Source: Octopus sinensis (lineage: Eukaryota). Taken from it: a stretch of 64,000 nt of DNA. Positions 22,735-36,937 of this stretch are shown here, piece by piece. Within the stretch, counting starts at the first letter, position 1, and each line of letters starts with the position of its first letter. A program made the translations under genes and the position numbers. The notes under the pieces were generated by a model. That model saw nothing but the letters and a program-made list of their open reading frames with translations, had not been told where the DNA came from and did no database searches. The DNA lies in contig NC_043004.1 of assembly GCF_006345805.1 (NCBI RefSeq), positions 70,122,001-70,186,000 of the forward strand. The letters are read 5' to 3'.

Positions 22735-23870
22735 CAAAGCAGGTTGGGAACAGGTTTAACCTCGGTAGGGGACAGATCAATTTGCATCAGTCTAGAGCTT
22801 ATGACAGTAACGCTTTTCGGTACCGTCTTCGGAGACTAGATCGCTACATTCTACAACGGCATTCCACCCATGGCCAACATATACACCGATTTCTCGGAAC
22901 CGTTTTACATCATTAAGATGTCCCTCTCAATTTTCGTGTATGTTTTACTTTTTGAATTATCACTGTGGAGGTCGGAGACTTTGAAGGTCATCATGCTTTA
23001 TCTGGGACATCTGATTGTATATGCACACGCGGATAATGTTTCATTAAAGTGTCAGGCAATTCCGAAATTGAACATCAGCTGGTGTAAGTTGGTGAGTTCG
23101 CAACTAGACACACAGAAAACCAAGTCTATGCTGGCCAGCTGCAGCTTCTGACTCTGATCTGAGGATCCGGTTAAGGTGCTCGAGTCTGGTTCGGACTAGA
23201 CTGGACCGGAACTCTGATTCAAGAAAAGCTGAGAAGACTTAGATAGCAGGATGGCCAGTGTCAGTCTGAAAGATCGGATGGAAGTGACTAACGCTACATA
23301 GCTTCGGTGGTGTTCTTATTGCCGGATTATCGCTCCTCGTCCCGATGCAATTGATTTGATAGAAGCGTATGCTCTTTCGATTCTTGTAACAGAGACTAGT
23401 ACCGATGGCCAGAAAATCTATTTAATGCCAATATCCTCACCATCGGCATCTCAGAATGCTGTTACTGACGATGCACAGGCGCGCATTGAAGATGCTGCAT
23501 TTACAGAGATTCCTGGACAACTGCAACGATGAAGACGGTGAGCAGTGTTTTTGAGATGCGTCTTTTATTGCTTAGCATCTGGAATGTTGTCAGGTGCAAA
23601 CTACAATCTATCAGTTGGGCAATGAAGTGGGTGGAAAGTGAATTCTCACAAACGATAGAGATTTATTTGAGGGTATAGGCGATGATGGCATGGGAACATT
23701 TCTGGGAGTGTAGGGAACTTTAGGTCGGGATTTATAGACAACTTTTGAAAGTCCTTAACCTGACAATGCTACAGGGGAAGAATTTGCAGTTTGGAGGTAA
23801 GCTCTTCAGGCACGGAAGCGCTAACAGCCGAACCGGTCCGAGGAGTCATTGCGCCGACATAAGTGACTGG
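22735..23870 (+). mobile_element. Old degenerate L1/Tx1-clade ORF2 (RT) remnant
   Basis: INLHQSRAYD (cf. LDQSKAFD), AHADNV (cf. AYADDV), DPVKVL (cf. GPVKxLG), SLKDRMEV and LKMLHLQRFLDN in shifting frames. Confidence 0.65.
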
Positions 23871-23970
23871 TGTCGTTGAAATTATTGCTCTATTGTGTGT
23901 TATCGTTGTCTAAAAGGGAGACTGGATTACGTTCATGCATACTGATTATATATATTATATATTATATATA

Positions 23971-24012
<42 letters not shown>

Positions 24013-24879
24013 TATACAAATTGAGATAGGGGTTGTAAATGCAACCCTCTATGGGGTATGCTTATATTTATATTTACCTGTATTTATATTCTTTTTTATA
24101 TATTCTAATTATTATACACAACATACTTGTATGTACACTTTTTATGTACATTCCTTATGTACACTGATTTGTTCTGCTTTTTATATTTAACCCTACAGTC
24201 TTTATGTGGTGGTTTAATAAAGTATGTGATTGAGTATTATCTGGTAATTGATATTTGATTTAGATGTGTTTCTCCATTTTCTTATCTTGTATATATATAT
24301 ATATATTTTTTTTTTTTACTTGTTTCAGTCATTTGACTGCGGCCATGCAGGAGCACACACACATACGACAAACGATGGGCTTCTTTCAGTTACCGTTTAC
24401 CACATCCACTTATAAGGCGTTGGCTGGCCCGAAGCTATAGAAGACAATTGCCAAGGTACCACGCTGTGGGACTGAGCCCGGAACCATGTGGTTGGGAAGC
24501 AAGCTTCTTATCACAAAGCCACACCTCTTCTTGTTGTTGTTGTTGCTCTTCTTCTTCTTAACGCTGCAGTCGTCGGCTTCCTCCTCCACCTCTACCTCCT
24601 CTTACTCTCCTCCATTTGTCCCTCTTCCTCCTCCTTATCATCATCATCATCATCATCGATACCAGCATCATTATATTGATTACCATTTGTCTCACACTAA
24701 GGGCTCCTCGTCTACTTCCTCATCATCAATACCATCACCACCACCACCACCACCACCATCATCATTACTATTATGATGATAATCCCTCTCTCCTCATTCT
24801 CCATCTCATCTTCTACCTCCTCCTCCTCCTTATTCTTCATTATTAATCCCTAATATATCGATCGATATCGTCGCCACCC

Positions 24880-25003
24880 ACTCAATCACCAGCGTCACCA
24901 CCGCCATCACCATCATCGTTGGACTCGTCACAACCCTCCCCCACCAACCCCAACCATCATCATCATCATCATCATCATCGTCATCGTCACCATCATCGTC
25001 ATC

Positions 25004-25035
<32 letters not shown>

Positions 25036-25091
25036 CATCATCGTCATCATCATCATCATCATCATCATCATCGTCATCATCATCGTCATCG

Positions 25092-25123
<32 letters not shown>

Positions 25124-25130
25124 GTCATCG

Positions 25131-25174
<44 letters not shown>

Positions 25175-25260
25175 GTCATCATCATCATCGTCATCATCAT
25201 CATCATCACCATCATCATCATCGTCATCGTCGTCATCATTGTAATCGCCGTCGTCGTTGT
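24880..25260. repeat. (CAT/CGT)n triplet microsatellite
   Basis: Read directly. Confidence 0.95.
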
Positions 25261-25690
25261 CATCGTCGTTACCACGATTCGAATTCAACGTTCGGTGTCT
25301 TGCAATTAAACAGACGATGACGATGACAATGATGGCAACAAACAACAACTGCAGCAGCAGCAGCAGCAGCAGCAGCAGCCAGACAGGGAATGAGATAATT
25401 CCGTTTTCGAAAGGGGATGTTAAAATTCATTCATTAAATTCATTCATTCATTCACTCATTTATTCATTGGCAAAGTAATTTCATTGCCATGGTTACCAAA
25501 TCCGACGAGTCAACGCTATCAAAATGATCGAATCAGCAGGACAAGACCGCTAGATGTCGCTTCGTTGTTGTTCTCGCTGTTGTTGTTGTTGTTATTTTAC
25601 TGTTGTTATATATTGTATATTGCTCACAGCAGGACACAACTGCATGTTGACATGTTTGTGTGTGTGTATGTGCATATATATATATATATG

Positions 25691-25742
<52 letters not shown>

Positions 25743-25752
25743 CATACACACA

Positions 25753-26926
25753 CAGAGGGTGCGTAAGATATTTGAGGACAGATTTATCTTTATGAAAGAC
25801 AGATATATAATAGTAGATAATAACTTTATTTATGAAAAAATGCTATGAGGATAAAAATAAACCATCTTTTCTCTAATGTTATTCAATAAATCCACCTTCA
25901 GCTTCAGCAACTGCTTCTATATGAGATCTAAATCATCTACATGCTTGAATCAAGTGGTCCTGGTTCATTTTGGACATTACTCAGACTATGGCAGCTTTCA
26001 TAGTATCTTTGGTGTTATGGGCTTGTTCATTGACCTCTCTCTAAACAACGCCCCACTTATAATAGTCCAATGGATTGAGATCTGGGGAATTAAGAGGCCA
26101 AATGTTAGGGGTTATGTGATCAGCCATCCATTCCTGTTACTAGAGTCATGTGTGATCGTGCAGAGTCTTACTGAAATACATATGGCCTTCCATTGCATGT
26201 ACTATCTATCTAGGACTTAACAATTATTTCCAGGACCTCAATCTAAGCGGCAGAGTGGAGAGAAGCAGGGAAGCATCACATGTCCTTCATTGTTGACAAC
26301 ACCTAAAACAATGACAGTTGCAGGAAATTTTGTATGCATAACACTTGGAACTTGAGAAGGGTCTGCACATAACTGTCTCTCATTTCTTCTGTTAACTTTT
26401 TGATCTTGGTCGAAGTTTTTCTCGCTTGAGAAAAACCAAATCAAATCTGATAGATTTTCCAGTTTGTTTAAGAACCTTTTAGATCTGATGTAGTGATTTT
26501 CTTTTGATTTTTCGGACAAATTGATCTCATCATACAAGACTTATATCTGATGTCTTCGTGGACAACATTTCTGACTGTTCCTTCTGACACATAGAGATTT
26601 TTTGCAATTGACCTCATGAACTCCCTGGGATTGTAATCAATGGTCCGTGGAACTTGCTGGATAAATTTAGGTGTTCTGATTATTTCAGAGCATTTCCATC
26701 ATCAGTCTCTAGCTCCTTACAAACTTTGTAGACGAGGGATCTGGCAACATTTAAAACTCGAGATATTTCTAAATCCCTATGCTCAGCCCTTATAACCAGA
26801 ATAACAGCATGCCTCTTCATTTCTTGAGTAAGCTGAGGGTCTGCCATTATTATTTTTGAAACAGAGTTAGCAAAAATGCAGCAATGACCCCAAAAATGTA
26901 TGTCCTCAAATACTTTACGCACCCTG
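25753..26926 (-). mobile_element. Degenerate maT-like (DD37D) Tc1/mariner element
   Basis: TIRs CAG(A)GGGTGCGTAA..TATTTGAGGACA. Transposase motifs WFFSSEKNFDQDQKVNRRNER, TKFPATVIVLGVV and SPDLNPLDY-like. Confidence 0.8.
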
Positions 26927-27012
26927 TATATATATAAACTTTTATCATGTAGTTAACATGCATGAACACACACACAGACACACACACAGACACACACACA
27001 GACACACACACA

Positions 27013-27056
<44 letters not shown>

Positions 27057-27058
<2 letters not shown>

Positions 27059-28510
27059 GTGGTTATGTACTCCTTATGCAGACTTTGACCACCTGTACCT
27101 ACAACTTAGAGCCATCATGGCATCTGATGTGGCTTTTTGAACCAGACAATGTTCTAAAGATACACCCACATACATTGCATATCTGGTTTGGACCACCAAG
27201 AGCTGCAGATAAGTTCTGATCTTTGTGGATCTTAAAATGTCTTTTGAGGCCTCCGTTAGATTTGAAAACTTTCTGGCACACACTGCATTCACAGGTGTGC
27301 ACAAACATATAGGCAGAATAGTTGGTGGAGGTTCGTTTTCCATGGGTTCGCAAATGAGATTTGAGCCCAGCAAAAGAAAGGTGTGCTCTGTCACAAACTG
27401 AGCATACAAAAATGTCATTGTCATTCACCTTCTCGATTGTAACATTCTTCCTCAATTCTCTTTTGAGTCTTACATGCGTTAACCTGGCCTCTTCAAACGC
27501 TTTCAGACCACTCCACACTTTTGTTCGCCATCCAACTCGATCTGAAGCAAGGGTTTCTGTGTCTTCTGGATCCATTCCAAGTGACTTCATAATAGTCCTT
27601 AAACTTTTTTTTAGGTTTACACTGATAGCGTTTCCCCTCTGCAAGCTCACCATAAAACAGCTGTTTCGGCATGCGTTCTTCTGCCATTCGAACAATATGG
27701 CCACACCATCTCACTTGGTTCCTCAAAATCATAGTTTTGAGGTGGTGCCTTCAGATGCAAGGACATATGTGTTTGGAGTAAAAGAACTCCATTTAATGTT
27801 TAAAATGCGATGAAGGCATTTTTGGTGGAATTGTTCTAACAATTTAAAATGCCTTTCATAACAAGTCTATGTTTCACAAGAATACAACAGGAATGGTAAG
27901 ACAAATGATTTGTGAAGAGCCAGCTTTGTATTCTTATTTATATGTTGCTGGCACCAAACGCGTGACTCCAAGCCACCAAATGCTTTTGCTGCCCTTTGAA
28001 TTCGCAGATGTATTTCTGTATCAAGATTTCCATCAATTTGTTTCTAAGGTAGATGAACGAATCGGCAACCTCAAGTAACTTACCCATAATAAAACTTTTA
28101 GGGGGGGGGTTACAAACAGTACTGCATGCACGGTGATGCATTACAACTGTTTTATTTTCGAGTTGATGGTCAAGCCAAAATCATGACAAGCTGAGTCAAA
28201 TACAGATACAAGAGATCCTCAGAGTTCTGAAAAGCCTCTGACAACACAACAGCAAAATATATTGCAAAGATGGTGGGTGCATTAAGGTCTCCTTGTTTTA
28301 CTCCATTTTCCACTGCAAAAGATTCAGAATGCCTCCTACCAAAGTTAACTCTAGCTTTCATATCTTGATGCAAAGCCCTGATCATGTTCACAAATTTTTC
28401 TGGGCAACCTATTTTCCTTAGAATTAGCCACAGAGTATTTCGAATGCTTTGCTCAAATCATCAAAGTAGTGGTAGAGAGCAAGATTCTGTTCAATGCATT
28501 TTTCTTGTAA
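27057..28510 (-). mobile_element. 5'-truncated RTE LINE: RT C-half plus three C-terminal C2H2 zinc fingers
   Basis: DLSKAF, GVKQGDLNAP, RWCGHIVRMAEERMPKQLFYGEL, then CSVC..HLRTH, CSVC..HFKIH and CNVC..HIRCH (each C-x2-C-x12-H-x3-H). Confidence 0.9.
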
Positions 28511-28601
28511 CTGTCTGATAGTAAAGATACAATCAGCTGTGCCCCTGGAGGAACGAAAATCACACCGAGACTTAGACACTATATTTAGAACTATGCAGGT
28601 A

Positions 28602-28670
<69 letters not shown>

Positions 28671-28879
28671 GAAAAAAGCAACAAGAATGGATTAGTTTTT
28701 CAGTCAAAATTGTTCATACGAAGAACAGCTTTATTAAAAGCTGCAAATATTGCAGCAAATACAAGTGTCCCGTACTCATCAGCCAAAACACATATGAGTT
28801 TTTATATATACAACACATATGAGTTATAGAAATAACTGTAGAAATGAATTGCGACGTCAGCTGTAGAAATGAGTTGCGA

Positions 28880-29022
28880 CGTCACAGGTGCCAAGCTGTA
28901 TCGACCTTTGTCTTTCCCTTGGATAACACTGGTGGCGCGGAGAGGGGAGGCCGGTATGCATGGGCGACTACTGGTCTTCCATAAAACAACCTTGCCCAGA
29001 CTTGTGCCTCAGAGGGTAACTC
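28880..29022 (+). mobile_element. SINE fragment, possibly Deu/Nin-domain type
   Basis: GC-rich segment CTGGTCTTCCATAAAACAACCTTGCCCAGACTTGTGCCTCAGAGGGTAACT resembles recalled cephalopod SINE cores. Not verified. Confidence 0.4.
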
Positions 29023-29729
29023 TCTAGGTGCAAACACAGACACACAAACACATACACACACACACACACACACCTATATATATATATATACATATATACG
29101 ACATGCTTCATTCAGTTTCCGTCTACCAAATCCACTCACAAGGCATTGGTCGGCCCGGGGCTATAGCAGAAGACACTTGCCCAAGATGCCAGGCAGTGGG
29201 ACTGAATCCGGAACCATGTGGTTGGTTAGCAAGCTACTTACCACACAGCCACTCCTGCGCCTATTTACTTTTAATATGTTTGTGTACAATATATGTTTTG
29301 TTCTGTGTCAGTCAATATTTTGGAGTAGACCGAAATATGTACAAGTTTGTGATTGCAATGGAGACTTTTGTTTAAGAGGAGAGAATCGCTTCTAGCATGT
29401 TGAGGAATTTACTTCAAAGGGTGAAGCGCATACATTCTTTTATTTTTATTTTTCACTTCCATAAGATAAAGTTCTTAAAATCACCAGTAATCGTAAATAG
29501 CACTGTTTTGGACTCGTCAGCACGACATTACTCTTGACTTGAAATTGATATATTGAACGATAATATTAGTCTGAAAGTATTTAGGGCTACTTTCAGAAAA
29601 CTTCCTACAAAAGGTCCAGGAGAGTTTATTTCTGATCTCTCCTCTTTTACTTGTTTCAGTCATTAAACTGTGGCTATGCAGGGACACCGCTTTGAATACA
29701 TACTATACATACATACATACATACATACA

Positions 29730-29761
<32 letters not shown>

Positions 29762-29770
29762 CACACATAT

Positions 29771-29811
<41 letters not shown>

Positions 29812-29814
29812 AAT

Positions 29815-30285
<471 letters not shown>

Positions 30286-30636
30286 GAAAGTATATGTATG
30301 TCTATGTACACGCGTGCGCACACACACATGCAAATATGTATGCGACAGGCTTCCACACAATTTCCGTCTACGAAACTCACCCACAAGACATTGGTCGACC
30401 GGGGTTATAGTAGAAGACACTTGCCCAAAGTGCCGTGCGGTGGGACTGAACCCAAAATGTGGTGGTTGCAAAATGAGTTCCTTTACCACACGCCCACACT
30501 GGTATTAAATTCGTTTATTATGAACCTCCCCCCCCCAAAAAAATACAACCAAACAATCCCCCCCCCCACCAAAAAAGCAACCTTTTCGGGCATTGGTATG
30601 TTATCATTGTAATCTACAAACGGACTTTGGTCCATA

Positions 30637-30745
30637 GTGTCAAGGTCGGCAAGAATTGTTAGTTATCAACAAATTTAGTTGCCATGAGATTTTCTCAAGA
30701 CAACTAAATTTGTTGATAACTACAAATTCTCGCCGATCCAGACAC
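30637..30745. repeat. Imperfect palindrome (~50-bp arms), MITE-like
   Basis: GTGTC..TCGGC..GAAT..TAGTTATCAACAAATTTAGTTG mirrored by CAACTAAATTTGTTGATAACTA..ATTC..GCCGA..GACAC. Confidence 0.8.
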
Positions 30746-30933
30746 TCTCCATCATGGTTGCTATATAAAACTTCAAGTAGCTCATTACATTATCTTTCTG
30801 GACTGTAAGCTGCACTTTTAGCTGCTTGTAACTTTAAAATTTGAATTTTTCAAGTTCAAAATTCAAAATCCTACTGAATATCAATCATATAAAACTTTAT
30901 TTAAGTAAATTTATGCGCAACTTTTTGGCCATC

Positions 30934-31015
<82 letters not shown>

Positions 31016-31702
31016 CACACGCACACACACACACACAAATACACAAATACACACACAAACACACAAACACACACGCATGTGCACACACAGATGTATGTAC
31101 AGATGTGTCTGTATATATATGTGTGTGCGTGTGTACGTATGTTATATATATATATATATAGATATATATATATATATATATAATATATGTGTGTGTGTGG
31201 TGGTGTGTGTGTGACTTGTATGTTATGTATGTATGCCTATATATTGGGAAAGCTGGACGAAGGATCATCTTTCTTTTTCTTCAGTCTCTCACGCAGTCCA
31301 GACGCTTCATCTGTCTCCTCTCCTATCTTTTCTCTTATCCAAGAATCTTCTTCCAGCGTTCGCTACCTTACCCCGTCTTCATCTAACGGTCCTCCCTGTT
31401 TCTCTTCGTTTCGGTTGGTTCGTTGTATGTCTTGTTTTTGTTACCAACTTTGACTCTCCGCAAATCCTAAATTTAATTTGGTTCGCGAGAGCAACCGCCT
31501 TTAAAGTCTTATATTGTCGTTCATTGCTCGAAATAAGGAGTAGAAGGACAGCGGACAACTGATGAAGGGTCTTTTGTTGTGTTATTTGTCTTTTTTTCCA
31601 TTTGTTTCTCTCGTTCTTTGCGTACCCAACTTTATTTTCGTAATTCATGTTGTTTACGTTTTGTGACGATCTGTACCCATATATGCGTACCTATATACAT
31701 AC

Positions 31703-31735
<33 letters not shown>

Positions 31736-33299
31736 TGTATGTATGTATGTATGTATGTATGTACAAAAATATACAAAAAAAAAAGACTCAAAATACCAAG
31801 GACAAGCGGAAGAACAACCCACTGGGTGTATTAGTTTAACGTTCAAGAAAAACTGAAGAAATTTTTAATGTTTCGAGCCTGCGCTCTTCTAGAGAAAGGA
31901 ATGAGATTAAGAGTGAAAAAAATGGAGAGAAAAACGTATCCGAATTATTATACAGATTCATATACTTTTAAAACAGAAAGGGATGCATGCACTGTACCTT
32001 GATGTAAAAAAGAATATACGTGTAATAATACCATGCACCAAAACTTATATGCACCAACTTGTTGATAACCAAACTTCCTGGATAACCAATATGTTAGACG
32101 ATACTAGTGGGTCAATTGTTAAAAACGTTTGAGAAAGGACAATCCTCTCCATTGATAAACGCTTTTTGCCGGAATCTTCTGTTTAGTTCATACACTCATT
32201 TGGATGATTTTGTTGAGTAAGCTGTTTACGTCTTTACACAAGAATTCGCTGTAAATTGGCAAAGAAGAAGAAGAAGAAGAAGAAGAAGAAGAAGAAGAAG
32301 AAGAAGAAGAAGAAGAAGAAGAAGAAGAAGAGAAAGAGGGGGAGGAACGGAGGAGGAGAAGAAGGAGACGGAGGAAGAGAAGAAGGAGGAGGAGGAGGAG
32401 GAGGAAAAGGAGAAGCAGATGGAGGAGGGGAGGAGAAGAAGGAAAAGAAATTAGTTTCATTATTCATTTTATTCACATCATTATATGATAAAAGTATCTG
32501 TTGCTGCTATTTAGCCCCAAGTCAACCCTGGCTGGGTATACCTATGATGATAGGCCATCTCGTCTTTTAAGGCATGTGTCTTGAAGAATAAACAAATATC
32601 TAACAAAGAGTTTGTGGTGTTATTTAGCCTTAAGTCAAACCAGAATAACCCAGATTAATGATCAAAGACATTCTAATCCCGATCATCTAGTTTTTAAAAT
32701 GCATTATCCAATGTCCATTCTACATTATCCGACAGCCATTCTATGTCCATTTCTATTGGGAGATATTTGGCTGCTATTTCTAGAGGGTTGAGGAATCATA
32801 TGGAGGATTCTTTGTTGGTTCGAGCTCCAGTTTTACTTTTGCAATCACAAAAGGACAATTTTATAATTAATTCGAATGGAATCTAGGATTTTCCACTTAT
32901 GAATGTCTAAGATTGGTTTTTACATTTTCTGCAACTACTTAAGACGCACAGAAGCTTACAAATTGTCAAACTGGCTTCCATTATTATCCACACTCCATTA
33001 TATTGTAATTATTGATCAAAACATTTGGTATTGACAGCCGTCCTGCGCAGTAAATCCAGCTGTACAGAAGAAAGCATTTCGTACATTCAAAAAGTGAGTG
33101 ATATATCGAGGCTACTATATCATATAGGCAATTACCATTTGTTCTTGTTGCTATTGATGTTGTTGTTTAGTTCCTAGATCAAGGTAGGTTGTGTAGACTT
33201 TTCAGCCAATGTAATCTAACCGTGACTATCCAGTCTTACAAGATATAATTTGCCTCAAGTTATACACCAGAAAAGGACAACATTTTTCGAGAAACGGGT

Positions 33300-34200
33300 C
33301 GCATGAAACATGGTTTATCATCAAGCGGGACGTACTACTTAAAAAAAATCAAAGGTAATTTTCGTTGCCATTCGGAAAATCCCGCGGGCCACAAGTTGCC
33401 CATGATTTATATGTCATGTCCTAGTTATGACTTTAGGCTGCATCCAGTAGTGGAGCCCTGGTCCGGGAATTTCAGGACTTTTTCAAGGAGTGGAAACACG
33501 TCTTAACTACTATTGTTCCCTGTCAGGGTCCCAACGATGGGTTAACTGGTCTGCCACAGGATTGCCTCCGGAAGAAGGTCACTTGCAGACACCCCAAAGG
33601 ACCCACAGCAGATGAAGCTTTTCAGCTCTTTAGTTGCTCATCTAAAAGAAGGTAATTCCTTATGTATCGTACATCCTGATTACTACTGGGCTTGTGATGC
33701 TTATTGTACCAGACCAATACAAGCTTGAAGACGAGAGAGTGGGACTGGCTCTGCACAAACCATGCTCATTGTAATAATAATATTCATCGTGTAGGTTGTT
33801 CAGCCTTGCTGAATCCTCATTCGCCGAAGTGAGCGTCCACCGTAACATATTCTACACAACTCTCGAAATATTGTAGAACCTAGAACCAGGTTGATTCTTG
33901 TCGAAGCGTAAAGCATCAATGCATCCCATTTCGGAAAAGTAGTGCACGGATGACAATGCTCTATCCAATCATGACCACTTTACTCAAACAAATATTCGTG
34001 TGAGGCTTGCAAGAGAGAATATAGTAAAGAGAAGCGGTGAGATGAGTGAATCGGTGGTTCTGAGTTTAGACAGAATGTGGGCAATTTGACCCGATGAGTA
34101 GAGACTACGGTTGTGATATTAGAAGCGTTACAAGGAGAAAATAGTACGTTTGTGGACCAGATGTTTGGAAGATGCTGGTGAAGGACTTGTTACTCAGCTA
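33300..34200 (+). mobile_element. Possible highly degenerate non-LTR (R1-like) remnant
   Basis: Fragmentary CQGP..VCHR..EEGH knuckle-like and VCGPDVWKMLVKDLL RT-like words across frames. Weak. Confidence 0.25.
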
Positions 34201-34773
34201 GATGGCCTTTTCTGTTGTTATTGTTGTCAAGTCCAGCTCAACTCTGATCTTGTTGACCTATGATTAAAGATGTTCCAGCCACAACAATCTTGTACTTTAG
34301 GGATTTGTACTATTAAATTGCCCATTATGACTTTTCCCAATTTAAGACCACAGAATATAATCCGAAAGAGTTTTAGTTGCCATTTCTAGAAGTTTAAGCA
34401 ACCACATAAAGGTAACCTCGTTCGCTTGCGCAACGTCAACGTATTCTCCTCAATAATGTTTAACATTTGTGATTTAATCTAATTAGATTTAGCTTCAGAA
34501 ATATGATGCCATATGAGAAGCCATACACAGGGCACATCGTATGTCATGACATTTACACTGTATAAAGGCTTTACAAAGTCTTTCCACACACACACACACA
34601 CAACACACACACACACACACACACACAGAATATCGACGACATAGTTACATGACATTGGAGTGATATTTATACAAATATCCTAGACCACACTCTCACCCGC
34701 AGAATGTCACCCGATGGACAGAGGTGAAATCGCTTACCCAGACACAAATTCCTTTATTTTGCTTTACCTACTA

Positions 34774-36059
34774 TTAGGTCGTCAAGTATGAAATTTGTAG
34801 AAAAGAAATAGAAGTTTGCGAATGTTTTATAAATACAAGGAATAATTTTATTCATCAATGTATGCACTCATATTGTCAATACACTTTTGCCATTTCAGCG
34901 GTAGCTTGTTCAGCCTGCAACTGTAAAAAGCCTGGCAATATAGAGTCAATAAAATCTTGGGAGGGCTGTTTTACAACATCGTCGGAATTAAATTTTTTCC
35001 TATCAAAAAGTTATCCAAATTCTGGAAAAAGTGGTAGTCAGTGGGGGCAAGATCAGGTGAGTATCGTGGTTGATAGAGATCTTCCACCTTCAACTCCTGT
35101 AGTTTCGCCACTATCATTTTTGCGATGTGTGGTCTGGTGTTGTCTTGCAATAAAACAGGTGTGGATCTGTTGACTAATCTAGACTGTTGTTTGGTAAGTT
35201 CTGCATAATTTGGTCCAGTTGGCTGTAGTATACTTCGGTCGTGATTGATGAACCAGGTTTAATGAAGCCATAATGGATCACACCTGCGCCAGATCACCAA
35301 ACACACACCATCAGCTTCTTTTGATGAATTTTGCTTTTTGGACTGTGTTTTGGTGGCTCGTCTTTGCCCAACCGTTGTGCTGAACGTTTACGGTTGTTGG
35401 ATTGGAACCATTTCTTATCACATGTTACAATTCGATTCAAAGATGATTCATTTTCGTAAATATAAAGTAGCATAATACAGGCTTCCAAACGTTGCTGTTT
35501 CTGATTTTCATTAAGCACATGTGGAACCGACTTATCCAACTTTTTCACTTTACCGATTTGAACTGGGTGAGTCAATATCGTTTGTTTGCTAACACCAAAC
35601 AACAACGATAATTCACGGGTACTTTGAGATGGACCTGACTCGACGGTGGCTTTCAGTTCGTCATTATCCACCTTTGTTTCTGGTCGACCGCGTTGCTCAT
35701 TTGTGAGGTCAAAGTTACCAGAACGAAATTTTGCAATCCAATTTGATACTGTCTGCTGTGTTAAACATTAGAATGAAATACTCCATTAATATTCCGAGCT
35801 GTCTATGATGCTGTATTTCCAAGAAAGAACTCATATTTCAAAACTATACGAATTTCCGACTTATCCATCTCTAAACAAAAATAGCAAAAAACGATTTTTA
35901 AATACTTTATAAAGCACAAAATGTGTTAGAATAAAGAAATAGATGTGTCAGCTTTCTAACCAAAAAATAAAGATTGTCAAAATATAATAATGGTGCAAAA
36001 TGAGCAGCTGTCAAAGTTTACCTTATACCTTTCTACAAATTTCATACTTGACGACCTAA
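34774..36059 (-). mobile_element. Mariner transposon with perfect 30-bp TIRs and degenerate transposase
   Basis: TA|TTAGGTCGTCAAGTATGAAATTTGTAGAAA ... TTTCTACAAATTTCATACTTGACGACCTAA|TA. MDKSEIRIVLKYEF start at 35868, plus VTCDKKW and HQKKLMVCVW. Confidence 0.92.
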
Positions 36060-36520
36060 TATTATTATAATGGTCTAAGGTGGCGAGCTGACAGAATCCG
36101 TACCGCACTGGATGAAATGCTTACCCGCATTTCTTCTAGTTCTTTTGGTCAAATTATTTCCAGGTTCGACTTTGTCTTTCCTACTTTCGGGGTCGATAAA
36201 ATGAATACCAGTTGGACATTGAAATCGACGTAGTCGACTTCCCCTCCCATCAAAATTGCTGGCTTTGTGTCAAAATTACCAAGAGTTCATAAAATGGCCT
36301 TCGTACCACAGAACAGATTGGTTTTATGCTTTCTCTACTGAGGCCGACACAATCAACTCATCTATCCTGGTCTGCTATACATTATAGAAACCAAATAAGG
36401 CTTTGCGCTTCTCAGACGAGACAAATATATGGGCACCGCAAGGAAAATGTGCTACAAGACTGGAAACGATAAAAACCACCCCCCAAAAACGAAGGATGAA
36501 AAGACAAAACATGTTGAAAG

Positions 36521-36937
36521 TAGGAGTGGCTGTGTGGTAAGTAGCTTGCTTACCAACCACATGGTTCCGGGTTCAGTCCCACTGCCTGGCATCTTGGGCA
36601 AGTGTCTTCTACTATAGCCCCGGACCGACCAAAGCCTTGTGAGTGGATTTGGTAGACGGAAACTGAAAGAAGCCTGTCGTATATATGTATATATATATAT
36701 ATGTGTGTGTGTATGGTTGTGTGTCTGTGTTTATCCCCCTAGCATTGCTTGACAACCGATGCTGGTGTGTTTACGTCGCCGTCACTTAGCGGTTCGGCAA
36801 AAGAAACCGATAGAATAAGTACTGGGCTTAGAAAGAATAAGTCCCGGGGTCGATTTGCTCGACTAAAGGCGGTGCTCCAGCATGGCCGCAGTCAAATGAC
36901 TGAAACAAGTAAAAGAGTAAAAGAGTAAAAAAGAGTA
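36521..36937 (+). mobile_element. SINE family A, full length
   Basis: Complete head, core and GAGTAAAA tail. Confidence 0.9.

Noticed and set aside
27099-27704. Host C2H2 zinc-finger gene
   Set aside because: Contiguous with RTE RT/thumb sequence, lacks TGEKP linkers and is followed by a LINE-type 3' UTR.
28750-28790. Minus-strand CTGATGAGTAC motif
   Set aside because: No GAAA after the putative stem II.
31559-31600. CTGATGAAGGG hammerhead core
   Set aside because: No downstream GAAA or stem II, and the permuted type II reading gives no stem I.
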